The notes below the pieces were generated by a model. That model was given only the letters and a program-made list of their open reading frames with translations. It was not told the origin of the DNA and made no database searches. 64,000 bases of DNA, taken from the NCBI GenBank assembly GCA_022508525.1, contig JAFLVA010000001.1, positions 90,879-154,878 on the forward strand, read 5' to 3'. Source of the stretch: Erysipelotrichales bacterium. Lineage in GTDB: Bacteria > Bacillota_I > Bacilli_A > RFN20 > CAG-826. Of this stretch, positions 48,415-58,223 are shown in pieces. Numbering within the stretch: the first letter of the stretch is position 1; each line of letters begins with the position of its first letter. The translations under genes and the position numbers were made by a program.

Positions 48415-50251
48415 AGTAATAAGTTTTAGAATTTTTTCCGTTTCTTTGGATTTTGAATGGTTTAAGTTCTAAATCTGGTTTGTAAAAATTATCTAATTTA
48501 TTTTCCATTAAACTATCGGCAATCTCGACAAATAATTCCTTTGCGAGAGAGCCGTTTTTTAATTCATCGTTTTCATCATTTCCAACATGAACTAATATGG
48601 TATATTCTTTGTTAAAACCTACGACCCAAGAATCTGATAATGTTGAGCCAGTTTTTGCAGCAAAGGTGTTTTTTGTTTGATAGTTGATAAGGGAAGGATT
48701 TGTATATGATGATAGTGCTTGGTCAAAAGGACTAGTTAACATAAAATTAACTGCAAGAACATATTTTTTATTTAAAGAAAATTTATATGAATTAGAAGAA
48801 CGATATATTATTTCACCATTTTTTAAGCGAGCCTCTTTAATTATATTTGGGGAAAAGTACTTTCCTTCACTTGAAAATGCGTTGTAAATAGATGCAAGCT
48901 GCAATGGAGTCATTTCATTTGTTCCTAGACCAATAGTTGGATTTTGTATGACGTTTTTTATTCCAAATTTTTTTAAACTATTAGCGAGTGTTTCGCTTCC
49001 AATGAGCAATAATGTCTTTGTGGCATAAATATTGTCTGATAACGCCACTGCTTCAACCATTGTTATTGGACCATTGGCATAAGTGTTTGTGGCATTAGAT
49101 GGAGAATATTCACCAATATTTTCTAACTTAAATGTTGTTTGTTTAGATATTAATTCGGTTTTAGTATCTAATCCTGCCTCTAGTGCTAAATAGTACAAAA
49201 GAGGTTTGATAGTAGATCCAGTTTGACGATAAGAAGATGTGGCGCGATTAAATTGTGAATTATTATAGTCAACTCCACCAATAAGACATAAAACATCGCC
49301 ACTATTAGGCCTCATAATCACAACAGATATTTGATTTTCTTGTTCGTTGATATTTGAATTTTTAATAATTTTATTAATTTTTTCCGTTATTTTTAAGTCT
49401 ATTGTACTTTTTATATCTATTCCAAAAGATGAGGTGGAAGAGTTAAGCAACCCTTTTTCATTTAATGTTTGTTTTATAGCATCAAAATAATATAAAATGT
49501 TAGAATTTTGTTCGCTTTTTTTTATAAAACTATACTTAATTTCCTCGCTAATTGCTGAATCATATTCGCTACTAGTTATATCTTTTCTTTTTAGCATAAT
49601 GCGTAAAACTTGCTCTTTTTTTCGTGTGCTTTGGATTTCGTCTACATCTGGCGAATAATATGATGGAGCAGAAATTATACCAGTTAACAGGGCAGATTCA
49701 GCAAGTGTTAATTCACTAGGCTTTTTTTCAAAAAAGAAGTAACTTGCCTCATCAATTCCATAGATGTTATGCCCAAAGTAGACACAATTTAAATAAGCTT
49801 CAAGAATTTTATCTTTGCTATATGACATTTCCAATTTTCGTGCTAAAATTGCTTCTTTTACTTTTCTTAAAATAGTCTTTTTATTGTCTAAATATAACGT
49901 TCTTGCTACTTGTTGGGTAATAGTAGAACCACCTGCTACAATTTCTCTATTTCGAATGTTATCAATAATACTTGCGACAATTCTTTTATAATCAAAACCA
50001 TGATGTGAATAAAAACTCTGATCCTCAGAAGCAATGATGCTTTTTAACATATAAGGAGAAATATCATCAAGAGATACATATTTTCCCATTCCGTAATAGT
50101 GATAAGAAAATTCCTCATTGTTATTATCATAAACTGTAAATTCATTGTTATGACCAACAATAAGAGATGGACCTAGGAATATTGCTACATTGATAACAAG
50201 GATAAAAACAATTGGAAGTAATATGAGTGTTTTAAGTATTTTCTTTTTCAT
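48404..50251 (-). CDS. Class A penicillin-binding protein (second paralogue)
   Basis: EDQSFYSHHGFD, GGSTITQQ (GT51). STIKP, SDN, KTGS (transpeptidase). Start set at MKKKILK before the TM, but no strong RBS, so the start is uncertain. Confidence 0.8.
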   Translation of the reverse strand: MKKKILKTLILLPIVFILVINVAIFLGPSLIVGHNNEFTVYDNNNEEFSYHYYGMGKYVSLDDISPYMLKSIIASEDQSFYSHHGFDYKRIVASIIDNIRNREIVAGGSTITQQVARTLYLDNKKTILRKVKEAILARKLEMSYSKDKILEAYLNCVYFGHNIYGIDEASYFFFEKKPSELTLAESALLTGIISAPSYYSPDVDEIQSTRKKEQVLRIMLKRKDITSSEYDSAISEEIKYSFIKKSEQNSNILYYFDAIKQTLNEKGLLNSSTSSFGIDIKSTIDLKITEKINKIIKNSNINEQENQISVVIMRPNSGDVLCLIGGVDYNNSQFNRATSSYRQTGSTIKPLLYYLALEAGLDTKTELISKQTTFKLENIGEYSPSNATNTYANGPITMVEAVALSDNIYATKTLLLIGSETLANSLKKFGIKNVIQNPTIGLGTNEMTPLQLASIYNAFSSEGKYFSPNIIKEARLKNGEIIYRSSNSYKFSLNKKYVLAVNFMLTSPFDQALSSYTNPSLINYQTKNTFAAKTGSTLSDSWVVGFNKEYTILVHVGNDENDELKNGSLAKELFVEIADSLMENKLDNFYKPDLELKPFKIQRNGKNSKTYYSIY

Positions 50252-50339
50252 ACATTTATTTTTTGTCTCAAATGAGAATATATACAATAGTTTGAACTGT
50301 TTATATTATTTGACGTATAATTATGAAAGGTGAATCATA

Positions 50340-50711
50340 ATGAACTTTGTAGAAATTGAACAAACTCAAATTGTGGAAGACACCATCAAATCAATATTTG
50401 AAGGTAAGGTTGTTACGAGAACAAAAAACACAATTAAAATAGTGTATAAAAATCAAAATAAATTATATAGTTTGATAGTTGAAAAAATTTCAGATGACAA
50501 AATTTTATTAGGTACTTTATCGCATTTAAACGAATTAGAAATTAATAAAATTACATCATTTAGACATGAGATCGAAGGATATGAGATTAATTGCCAAAGT
50601 AGATTAATTGATTTTAAATTTGATGACTCACTTATTGAAATACGTTATGATTTAATTCTTGTTGATGACATTCTTAGCAGCAATATCCTAAGAATAAGAT
50701 ATAAAAATTGA
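50340..50711 (+). CDS. Hypothetical protein (123 aa), beta-rich, family not recognised
   Basis: ORF with RBS AAAGGTGA. Lies upstream of rpoE. No diagnostic motif. Confidence 0.4.
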   Translation: MNFVEIEQTQIVEDTIKSIFEGKVVTRTKNTIKIVYKNQNKLYSLIVEKISDDKILLGTLSHLNELEINKITSFRHEIEGYEINCQSRLIDFKFDDSLIEIRYDLILVDDILSSNILRIRYKN

Positions 50712-50828
50712 TAATATTGTATTAAAAATGATATTCTTACTTGAAATTTTAAAAAAAATAGTTCATTATTTATTAGTTGAGTATTTAATAGTATACTATT
50801 AATACTCACATAATTAGGAGGAAAACTT

Positions 50829-51239
50829 ATGGCACAAAAATCAATGGTAGATATTGCTTATGAATACGCAAAACAATTTGACCAATTAGTTCCATTTAAA
50901 GATTTATGGGAAAAGGTAGTGGAAGAATTAGGATTTAGCGAAGAAGAAGCAAAAGCCAAAATAAGTATTTTTTATACAAATCTTTCTTTGGATTGCCGTT
51001 TCCATTGCGAATCAGATAACACTTGGATTTTAAGATCAAAGTTATTGTTTGATGATGCTACAAAGAACACATTCTTAGTAGAAGATGATACTGATGGAGA
51101 ATTAGAAGAAGATTACGAAGAGGAAGAAGATGATGAGAATGAAGAAGATTCCATCTCAACTGAATCAGATGAAGAAGATGATACATTAAATAGTAATATG
51201 TATAACAACGATGATGAAGATGACGAAGATGTCATGTAA
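50829..51239 (+). CDS. rpoE: DNA-directed RNA polymerase subunit delta
   Basis: N-terminal HARE-HTH-like [11 protein letters not shown]...FKDLWEKV, then a long D/E-rich tail. RBS AGGAGG. Confidence 0.85.
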   Translation: MAQKSMVDIAYEYAKQFDQLVPFKDLWEKVVEELGFSEEEAKAKISIFYTNLSLDCRFHCESDNTWILRSKLLFDDATKNTFLVEDDTDGELEEDYEEEEDDENEEDSISTESDEEDDTLNSNMYNNDDEDDEDVM

Positions 51240-51259
51240 TAAATAAAAGGAGAATTTTT

Positions 51260-52117
51260 ATGGGTTTAGTTAGTATGAAAGAAATGCTCATTAAAGCACG
51301 TAATGAGCACTATGCTGTTGGTCAATTTAATATTAATAATCTTGAATGGACACAAGCAATTCTTGATGAAGCACAAGCTTTAAATGCACCAGTTATTTTG
51401 GGTGTATCAGAAGGTGCTGGAAAGTATATGGGAGGATGGCCAGTTGTCGCAGCAATGGTTAAAGCTTATGTTGAAGCAAAACACATCACTGTGCCTGTTG
51501 CTTTGCATGTTGACCATGGTACATCATTTGAAAGTGTTAAGGCTGCTATTGATGCAGGATTCACATCAGTCATGATTGATGCATCCCATCATCCATTTGA
51601 AGAAAATGTTGAAATAACAAAGAAAGTTGTTGATTATGCACATGCACGTGGTGTATCTGTTGAAGCCGAACTTGGTAAAGTTGGTGGACAAGAAGATAAC
51701 ATTGTTGCAGAAACTATGTATGCAGATCCTGAAGAATGCCGCGTTTTAGTAGAAAAAACAGGTATTGACTGCTTAGCACCTGCTTTAGGCTCAGTTCATG
51801 GACCATACCATGGAGAACCAAAATTAGGTTTTGATGAAATGGCACATATCAATGAATTATTAAAAATGCCTTTAGTACTTCACGGTGGTTCTGGAATTCC
51901 TGATGATCAATTAAGAAAAGCAATTGATCGTGGAACTGCAAAAATTAATGTTAACACTGAATCACAACAAGCATGGACAGCAATTGTTCGTAAAGTTGTT
52001 GCAGAAAATGCTACTGTATATGATCCACGTAAAATCATCGGTCCTGGTAAAGAGGGAATTCGTGAAGTTGTACGTGCAAAGTGTGAAGTTTTCGGTTGTA
52101 TAAATAAAGCAAATTAA
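51260..52117 (+). CDS. fba: Class II fructose-bisphosphate aldolase
   Basis: [31 protein letters not shown]. Confidence 0.95.
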   Translation: MGLVSMKEMLIKARNEHYAVGQFNINNLEWTQAILDEAQALNAPVILGVSEGAGKYMGGWPVVAAMVKAYVEAKHITVPVALHVDHGTSFESVKAAIDAGFTSVMIDASHHPFEENVEITKKVVDYAHARGVSVEAELGKVGGQEDNIVAETMYADPEECRVLVEKTGIDCLAPALGSVHGPYHGEPKLGFDEMAHINELLKMPLVLHGGSGIPDDQLRKAIDRGTAKINVNTESQQAWTAIVRKVVAENATVYDPRKIIGPGKEGIREVVRAKCEVFGCINKAN

Positions 52118-52118
52118 C

Positions 52119-52144
52119 AAAATGCCTTTTTAGGCATTTTTATT
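52119..52144 (+). terminator. Rho-independent terminator after fba
   Basis: aaaatgcct-tttt-aggcatttt followed by T-rich sequence. Confidence 0.8.
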
Positions 52145-52162
52145 TGGAAGGAGTGTCTAAAT

Positions 52163-53116
52163 TTGGAAAAGAAAATTTATCAAAAAATTGCTGAATATGA
52201 TATCATCACAATTTTTGGACATGTAATGCCTGATGGTGACTGCTATGGTTCGCAATTAGGATTAAAAGAAGCAATTAAAGAAACTTTTCCCAATAAGAAA
52301 GTTTATGTTTTGGGAAGTGGACTGCCTTTTCTTTTTGAAAGATTATCGCCAATGGATAAAGTTGATGATGAAACGATAAAACTATCTTTGGCAATTGTAT
52401 TGGATGTTGGAAATGTTGAACGCGTAGAAGACCAAAGATTTTTAACAGCCAAAGATATAATAAAAATTGATCATCACATATTTGTTCATAAATATGGATC
52501 ATTGGAATTGGTTGATGAAAGTGCAATTGCCTGTGCACAAATTATCACTCGTATCGTTATGGAAAATAACATGAAAATAAACAAACTTGGTGCAGAAGCA
52601 TTAATGTTAGGCATTACTACTGATTCTGGTCGTTTTCTTTATGGACAAACTGGTGAAAATACTTTTAAAGCAGCAAGCTTTTTAATGTCTAAAGGCGTAG
52701 ATTTGCGCTCTCTTTACGATACTCTTTATTCTACAAGTCTTAAGGAAATAAAATTTAAAGGATTTGTATTGAATAATTTTATTACCAAAGAAAACCTTTG
52801 TTTTGTGAAGATGACTTTGGATGATGTTCGAAAGTTGAACGTAGATTCTGATTATGCCGCTAGTCAAGTAAATCTATTATCTGGTATTGAAGGATTTCCA
52901 ATTTGGGCAACTTTTGTTGAAAAAGATAATGGCTTAATTCGTTGTGAACTAAGAAGTAAAAATACTAATTACAATGTGCAATTAGTGGCCAAAAAATACG
53001 GCGGTGGTGGACATATTCAAGCTGCAGGATGCCGAGTTTTATCATTTGAAGAAGTAGATAAGGTCATTGATGATTTATTACTTCTTATAAAAGGAGAATT
53101 TAAAGATGTGGAATAA
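52163..53116 (+). CDS. nrnA: DHH/DHHA1 phosphoesterase NrnA (oligoribonuclease / pAp phosphatase), TTG start
   Basis: GHVMPDGDCYGS, DVGN, IDHH, GGGH. TTG lies 9 nt after GGAAGGAG. No in-frame ATG upstream of motif I. Confidence 0.85.
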   Translation: MEKKIYQKIAEYDIITIFGHVMPDGDCYGSQLGLKEAIKETFPNKKVYVLGSGLPFLFERLSPMDKVDDETIKLSLAIVLDVGNVERVEDQRFLTAKDIIKIDHHIFVHKYGSLELVDESAIACAQIITRIVMENNMKINKLGAEALMLGITTDSGRFLYGQTGENTFKAASFLMSKGVDLRSLYDTLYSTSLKEIKFKGFVLNNFITKENLCFVKMTLDDVRKLNVDSDYAASQVNLLSGIEGFPIWATFVEKDNGLIRCELRSKNTNYNVQLVAKKYGGGGHIQAAGCRVLSFEEVDKVIDDLLLLIKGEFKDVE

Positions 53117-53882
53117 AGAATTAGAAGCAGCAATAGAAATTGGATTGAAGGCCAAAGAAAAAATCATGGAAATTTATAATGCTGGTTTTGATGTTGAGAT
53201 TAAAGATGATAATTCTCCAGTTACTTTAGCTGATAAAACCGCAGATAAAATGATTAGAGAATATTTAGAAGAATTATTTCCTGATTATGCATTTTTGACT
53301 GAAGAATCCGAAGATGATTTGAAACGCCGAAAAAAAGATTATGTCTGGATTGTTGATCCAGTTGATGGAACAAAAGATTTTGTGGCAAAAGACAACGAAT
53401 TTACCACAAATATTGCACTTTGCTATAAGCATGAAATAGTTGTAGGTGTTGTTATTATTCCAGCAAGTGATGAATATTACTATGCAGTAAAAGGTGAAGG
53501 TGCTTTTAAAGTAAAAGGAAATCAAGTCACTAAAATTCATGTGAATGATAAATTAACTGATTTAACAGTTTTATCTTCCAGGTTTCATAATTGTCCAAAT
53601 GAGTTAGAAGTAATTGAAAAGCATAATGATAAAATAAAATTCGTTGAGCATTTTGGATCTTCGATAAAAGCGTGTAAAATTGCTTCTGGTCTTGCTGAAA
53701 TATCATATCGCTTATCTAGTGGTACAAAAGAATGGGATACCGCAGCAATTCAGATTATTGTTGAAGAATCCGGTGGAATATTCGTCAAACCTAACGGGGA
53801 TAGAATGACCTATAATCGTGAAGATGTTTATAATCGCGAAGGATACATTATTGCAAACAGAAAAGAAAATATATTGCTATAA
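53106..53882 (+). CDS. Inositol monophosphatase-family phosphatase (CysQ / 3'(2'),5'-bisphosphate nucleotidase-like)
   Basis: FLTEES, WIVDPVDGTKDF, WDTAA motifs. Overlaps the nrnA end by 11 nt. Confidence 0.75.
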   Translation: MWNKELEAAIEIGLKAKEKIMEIYNAGFDVEIKDDNSPVTLADKTADKMIREYLEELFPDYAFLTEESEDDLKRRKKDYVWIVDPVDGTKDFVAKDNEFTTNIALCYKHEIVVGVVIIPASDEYYYAVKGEGAFKVKGNQVTKIHVNDKLTDLTVLSSRFHNCPNELEVIEKHNDKIKFVEHFGSSIKACKIASGLAEISYRLSSGTKEWDTAAIQIIVEESGGIFVKPNGDRMTYNREDVYNREGYIIANRKENILL

Positions 53883-53941
53883 GGAATCACTCTTAGTGGT
53901 TCTTTTTTTTACTTAAAATTGCAATATCAGCATAAAATTTA

Positions 53942-54700
53942 ATGGTGATTATGATGCTTAGTAAAATTAAAAGCAAATTATCTAAAACAAAAATATCGAT
54001 ATTTGGCAAAACGTTGATTATTTTTGTTTCATTTATTGCTTCATCAATATATGGAATAAAAGCAACAAGTAATAATTTCAAATCGCATATATTAGATTAT
54101 GCTTTGATACAAGCACAAAAAGTTATGACATATATTTCCACAACTGTAGTGGAAGAATTGAATGAAGAATATAGTATATCAAGTAAGGATTTAATAACTT
54201 ATGAAACTAATAGTGATGATGTAACCACTATTGAGTTTGATACAAAATTTCTTAATAGCTTTTTAAAAATTGCGACAACAAAAACACTTTATTTGATTAA
54301 AGAAGTGGAAAATGGAAAATATGATAATAAATATTTTCCAGAATCCCAAACATATAAAAATAGTTCGGGAATTGTATATGAAATTCCAGTTGGCTTGATA
54401 ACAAATAACGTAATTCTTTCAAATGTTGGAGGTAAAGTACCTATAAAATTTGAATGCTTAGGAAGTGTAGAAGGAAATATCGTTAGTAAAACATCATCCT
54501 TTGGTTTAAATAATGCGTTAATAAACATATATTTGAATTTATCTATAAATACTCAGGTTGTTGTACCTGATTCATCGACAATTCAAAACACACAAGTGGA
54601 AATGCCGATTTTTATGTATATCATAAATGGTAAAGTGCCTTCATATTATTATGGAACAAACATGGTATGTAATAATATTGCAGACGAGGTGGGAATATAA
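53942..54700 (+). CDS. yunB: Sporulation protein YunB
   Basis: N-terminal TM. VYEIPVGLITNNVILSNVGGKVPIKFECLGSV...FGLNNALINIYLNLSI...GKVPSYYYG resembles YunB. Confidence 0.75.
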   Translation: MVIMMLSKIKSKLSKTKISIFGKTLIIFVSFIASSIYGIKATSNNFKSHILDYALIQAQKVMTYISTTVVEELNEEYSISSKDLITYETNSDDVTTIEFDTKFLNSFLKIATTKTLYLIKEVENGKYDNKYFPESQTYKNSSGIVYEIPVGLITNNVILSNVGGKVPIKFECLGSVEGNIVSKTSSFGLNNALINIYLNLSINTQVVVPDSSTIQNTQVEMPIFMYIINGKVPSYYYGTNMVCNNIADEVGI

Positions 54701-55599
54701 TGCGAGCATATATATTTGATAAATATGGTTATTACGAAGAAGATGAATTCGCCACAGAATTTGATTTTCAAGGATGGCATTTCAAACTTGAAAAAATAGA
54801 TAAAACAGAACAAGAACTAGCGGATTTAAATGATTATATAAAAAAATTAGAAAATATTTTTTATGATAGTGGAGTTTCGATTATTAAAAATCGTGATGGA
54901 AATTTTTTATCTGTCGCTGATTTTGGAAATTGTGCCCTTGTATCGGTTAAAGACTACTCGTTAACAGCAAATGATTTATTAAAAATGCATACTTACTTCA
55001 AAAATGAAGAAAAAGAAGCAAAATATACAATTAAAGAAATGACAAAATTATGGGAAGATAAATTGGATTTAGTAGAAGAAAGAATTTTGCCGTCTTTTAA
55101 AATCGATGACTATTCCTATGAAAAGGTAATGACAACAATTATTTTTTCATTAGGTCTTGCAGAAAACGCTCTTCAGTATTTGGCAGAATTGGCGCTTGAT
55201 TATGGCGATAATATTGAAAATTTAACTCTTACTCATAAGAGATTTTACCAATTTTCAAGTTATGAATTTTTTTCTCCGTTTAATTTAATAATAGATTCAC
55301 CAATGCGTGACTTAGCGGAACTATATAAATGCGAATTTATTGATAATACAAGATTATTGCAATTGCTTGCCAGTTATAATCCGACTGGAAAAGAAGTAGG
55401 ACTTCTTTTGGCAAGAATTTTATTTCCAACACCATTGTTTGATTTGCTAGATGAATATTATGTTTTAAGAAAAGATGTTAAGTTGCAAATTTTAGAATAC
55501 AAAGAAAAAGCCCCTAAAAAATTAGAGGCATTAAAAGATTTAGAAAAAAAACTTGTAAAAATGTATAGTATTAGACCAATAAAGTGGATGAATGAATAA
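54700..55599 (+). CDS. Hypothetical protein, possibly YutH/CotS-like spore coat protein (kinase-like fold)
   Basis: LTHKRF...DSPMRDLAEL loosely resembles the CotS/YutH catalytic-loop region. Lies between yunB and nfu (yutI). Weak call. Confidence 0.35.
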   Translation: MRAYIFDKYGYYEEDEFATEFDFQGWHFKLEKIDKTEQELADLNDYIKKLENIFYDSGVSIIKNRDGNFLSVADFGNCALVSVKDYSLTANDLLKMHTYFKNEEKEAKYTIKEMTKLWEDKLDLVEERILPSFKIDDYSYEKVMTTIIFSLGLAENALQYLAELALDYGDNIENLTLTHKRFYQFSSYEFFSPFNLIIDSPMRDLAELYKCEFIDNTRLLQLLASYNPTGKEVGLLLARILFPTPLFDLLDEYYVLRKDVKLQILEYKEKAPKKLEALKDLEKKLVKMYSIRPIKWMNE

Positions 55600-55845
55600 T
55601 TATTTTATCTCACGTTCACTTGCTAATTTAACACCTAACACGCCAGGGACTTCTTCCATAAGAATCATCTCAATACCATCAGAAATGGTTGTGTCAATCA
55701 TCATGCAATCCGCACAAGCACCAATCATATTAATATAAACAATACCATCTTCAAAAGCGACAAATTCGACATCGCCACCATCGCGTCGAATGAATGGACG
55801 AATCTTGTTTATTGTTGCTTGAATTTGTTCCTCAATACTTACCAT
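55600..55845 (-). CDS. nfu: NifU-C-terminal-domain Fe-S cluster protein (Nfu/YutI-like)
   Basis: IRPFIRRDGGDVEFV...GACADC motif. Confidence 0.85.
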   Translation of the reverse strand: MVSIEEQIQATINKIRPFIRRDGGDVEFVAFEDGIVYINMIGACADCMMIDTTISDGIEMILMEEVPGVLGVKLASEREIK

Positions 55846-55942
55846 ATTTTCCTCCGAGTATTACTAAATATTTACTATAAAAAACTCATTGTTTAATAAT
55901 AAAACGCGCCTATTTTATTTCTAGACGCGTTTTCTAACAAAA

Positions 55943-56029
55943 TGGTGCCCGGGACCGGAATCGAACCGGTACGGTATCGCTACCGCAGGATTTTAAGTCC
56001 TGTGCGTCTACCTATTCCGCCACCTGGGC
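55943..56029 (-). tRNA. tRNA-Leu (anticodon UAA), CCA encoded
   Basis: Own fold: GCCCAGG acceptor, anticodon loop CTTAAAA, long variable arm, TTCGATT T-loop, ...GCACCA 3' end. Confidence 0.9.
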
Positions 56030-56036
56030 ATCAAGA

Positions 56037-56112
56037 TGGTGACTCGCCGGAGATTCGAACTCCGGACCCCTTGATTAAAAGTCAAGTGCTCTACCGTCTG
56101 AGCTAGCGAGTC
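56037..56112 (-). tRNA. tRNA-Lys (anticodon UUU), CCA encoded
   Basis: GACTCGC TA GCTC AGACGGTA GAGC, anticodon loop CTTTTAA, TTCGAAT T-loop. Confidence 0.92.
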
Positions 56113-56113
56113 A

Positions 56114-56189
56114 TGGCTGGGGTAACTGGGATCGAACCAGTGAAATGACAGAGTCAAAGTCTGTTGCCTTACCGCTTGGCTATACCCCA
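56114..56189 (-). tRNA. tRNA-Gln (anticodon UUG), CCA encoded
   Basis: TGGGGTA TA GCCA AGCGGTAA GGCA, anticodon loop CTTTGAC, TTCGATC T-loop. Confidence 0.9.
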
Positions 56190-56196
56190 ATAAGGA

Positions 56197-56280
56197 TGGT
56201 GGAGGAAGGTGGATTTGAACCACCGAACCCTAAGGAACTGATTTACAGTCAGCCGCGTTTGGCCGCTTCGCTATTCCTCC
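56197..56280 (-). tRNA. tRNA-Tyr (anticodon GUA), CCA encoded
   Basis: GGAGGAA acceptor, anticodon loop CTGTAAA, long variable arm, TTCAAAT T-loop. Confidence 0.9.
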
Positions 56281-56295
56281 ACGTTACATATATAA

Positions 56296-56371
56296 TGGTG
56301 GATGTTGAGGGGATCGAACCCACGACCTCTACCTTGTAAGGGTAATGCTCTCCCAGCTGAGCTAAACATCC
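56296..56371 (-). tRNA. tRNA-Val (anticodon UAC), CCA encoded
   Basis: GGATGTT TA GCTC AGCTGGGA GAGC, anticodon loop CTTACAA, TTCGATC T-loop. Confidence 0.92.
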
Positions 56372-56395
56372 GCATATAATTATACATGCTTTTAT

Positions 56396-56424
56396 AATAT
56401 ATCATTGCGATATCAATTAGTCAA
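56396..56424 (-). promoter_or_regulatory. Sigma-A-type promoter of the tRNA operon
   Basis: On the minus strand: TTGACT (56424-56419), 17-nt spacer, TATATT (56401-56396). About 25 nt upstream of tRNA-Val. Confidence 0.5.
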
Positions 56425-56561
56425 TAATTTTTAATTTAATTTTTTATAAAGTTTGGTTGGGTAATTAACTAATTTTTTATTGCCATTTTGATAATATAAA
56501 AAAGAAAAAGAACCCATATAAATTACAGATTCTTTTTCATATTTTTCTTTTGAATTACTTA

Positions 56562-58223
56562 TTAATAACCTTTCTTTCCTAATAGGTGGAACATATTTCT
56601 CTTATATATCTCAACACCAGGTTGATTGAATGGATTTATATCTAGTAAATATGCAGACATTGCGCAAGCACGCATAAAGAAATAGAAGAGGCCGCCGAGA
56701 TGATATGCATCCATTTTATCAACAGATATAACGATATTTGGAACTTTTCCATCTTCAACGTGGGCTTTAATTGTGCCTTGCATTGCTTTCTCGTTAATAA
56801 AGGATAAGGTTTTTCCTTCCAAATAATTTAATCCGTCAAGATCAGCATCATCATGAGGAACTTCAATATCAAGAGATGGATTTTCAACTTTAACAATAGT
56901 TTCAAACAATATATGAGATCCATCTTGAATAAATTGACCAAGTGAATGTAAATCAGTTGAGAAAGTTACAGATCCAGGTAATAGACCTTTGCCTTCTTTT
57001 CCTTCTGATTCACCAAATAATTGTTTTAACCATTCACTGATGTGAGAAAGTGATGGTTCATAAGTAACAAATAATTCAACGGATTTATTATGGTGATAGA
57101 AGTAATCACGGATTATTGCATATTTATAACAATCATTATTCATAATATCATCATTATCATATTTGATCATTGCATCATATGCACCACGAATCATTTCTTT
57201 AATATCTAATCCAGCACATGCAATAGGGAATAAACCAACAGCAGTTAAGACAGAGTATCTACCACCGATGTCATCAGGCAATACAAATGTTTCGTAACCT
57301 TCAGTATTACATAATGTTTTTAGTGCACCACGTTCTTTATCTGTAGTAGCAAAAATAGATTTTCTTGCTTCGTCTTTTCCAACTTGTTTTTCAAGTAAAT
57401 CTTTAACTAGTCTAAATGCAATTGATGTTTCTGTTGTTGTACCGGATTTTGAAATGACATTTATAGCAAATTTTTTCTCTTTTAAATAGTTCATAACTTG
57501 TGCAATGTATAATGGTGAGAATGTTTGTCCTAAATATATAATTTCAAGCTTATCATCACTGTATAATCCTCTTAATGCATCAATAGCAGCTTTTGCTCCT
57601 AGATAGGATCCTCCGATACCACAGACAACAAGAATGTCATAGTTATCGCGCACATATTTCGCGCATTTTACCATTCTTTCTAATTCTTCTTTGTCATAGT
57701 CTTTTGGCCATGTTGTCCATCCAAGAAAATCATTTCCTGCTCCTGATTTGTTATTTATCATGTCATTGATTTGTTTGGCACGGTAGCAATAACTTTCAAA
57801 ATTAATGTTTTCAATTATGTTTGTAAAATCTGTTTTAATCATATTTTGTTCCTCCAAAGATTTGTTAATCCAATTGTCTAAATTTAATCTTAATTTTTCA
57901 AAATCATGTTCGCTATTTAAAACACGCACTCTTTTTGGTTTGTTAAATATTAATGGCTTTTTTATTTTTTGTCGTTCGCGATCATTTAAAGCTTTTAGTG
58001 AAAGTTTTAAATAATTGTTTTTATCTTCAATGCCAAGTACTTTTACGCGAACTTGGTCTCCGACTTTAACATAATCTTCTATATTCTTGACAAATTTTGC
58101 TGAAATTTCTGAAATATGAATTAAGCCGATTTGACCATTTTCAAAACTTACAAATGCACCATAGTTTTGAATACCTGTAACTTTTCCAATTACAATATCA
58201 TTTTCTTTATATAACTCTGTCAT
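56562..58223 (-). CDS. pgi: In-frame fusion ORF: S1 RNA-binding domain protein (YugI/GSP13-like, aa 1-127) + glucose-6-phosphate isomerase (aa 128-553)
   Basis: S1: GKVTGIQNYGAFVSFENGQIGLIHISE. Pgi: GAGNDFLGWTTWP, GIGGSYLG, SKSGTTTE, GGRYS, QLFGESEGK, NPFNQPGVE. There is no stop between the two parts. An internal GGAGG-N8-ATG sits at 57842. Confidence 0.85.
   Translation of the reverse strand: MTELYKENDIVIGKVTGIQNYGAFVSFENGQIGLIHISEISAKFVKNIEDYVKVGDQVRVKVLGIEDKNNYLKLSLKALNDRERQKIKKPLIFNKPKRVRVLNSEHDFEKLRLNLDNWINKSLEEQNMIKTDFTNIIENINFESYCYRAKQINDMINNKSGAGNDFLGWTTWPKDYDKEELERMVKCAKYVRDNYDILVVCGIGGSYLGAKAAIDALRGLYSDDKLEIIYLGQTFSPLYIAQVMNYLKEKKFAINVISKSGTTTETSIAFRLVKDLLEKQVGKDEARKSIFATTDKERGALKTLCNTEGYETFVLPDDIGGRYSVLTAVGLFPIACAGLDIKEMIRGAYDAMIKYDNDDIMNNDCYKYAIIRDYFYHHNKSVELFVTYEPSLSHISEWLKQLFGESEGKEGKGLLPGSVTFSTDLHSLGQFIQDGSHILFETIVKVENPSLDIEVPHDDADLDGLNYLEGKTLSFINEKAMQGTIKAHVEDGKVPNIVISVDKMDAYHLGGLFYFFMRACAMSAYLLDINPFNQPGVEIYKRNMFHLLGKKGY

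Noticed and set aside
56008-56339. Two ORFs (71 and 64 aa) across the tRNA cluster
   Set aside because: They overlap five well-folded tRNA genes, so they are chance ORFs in structured, GC-richer RNA genes.
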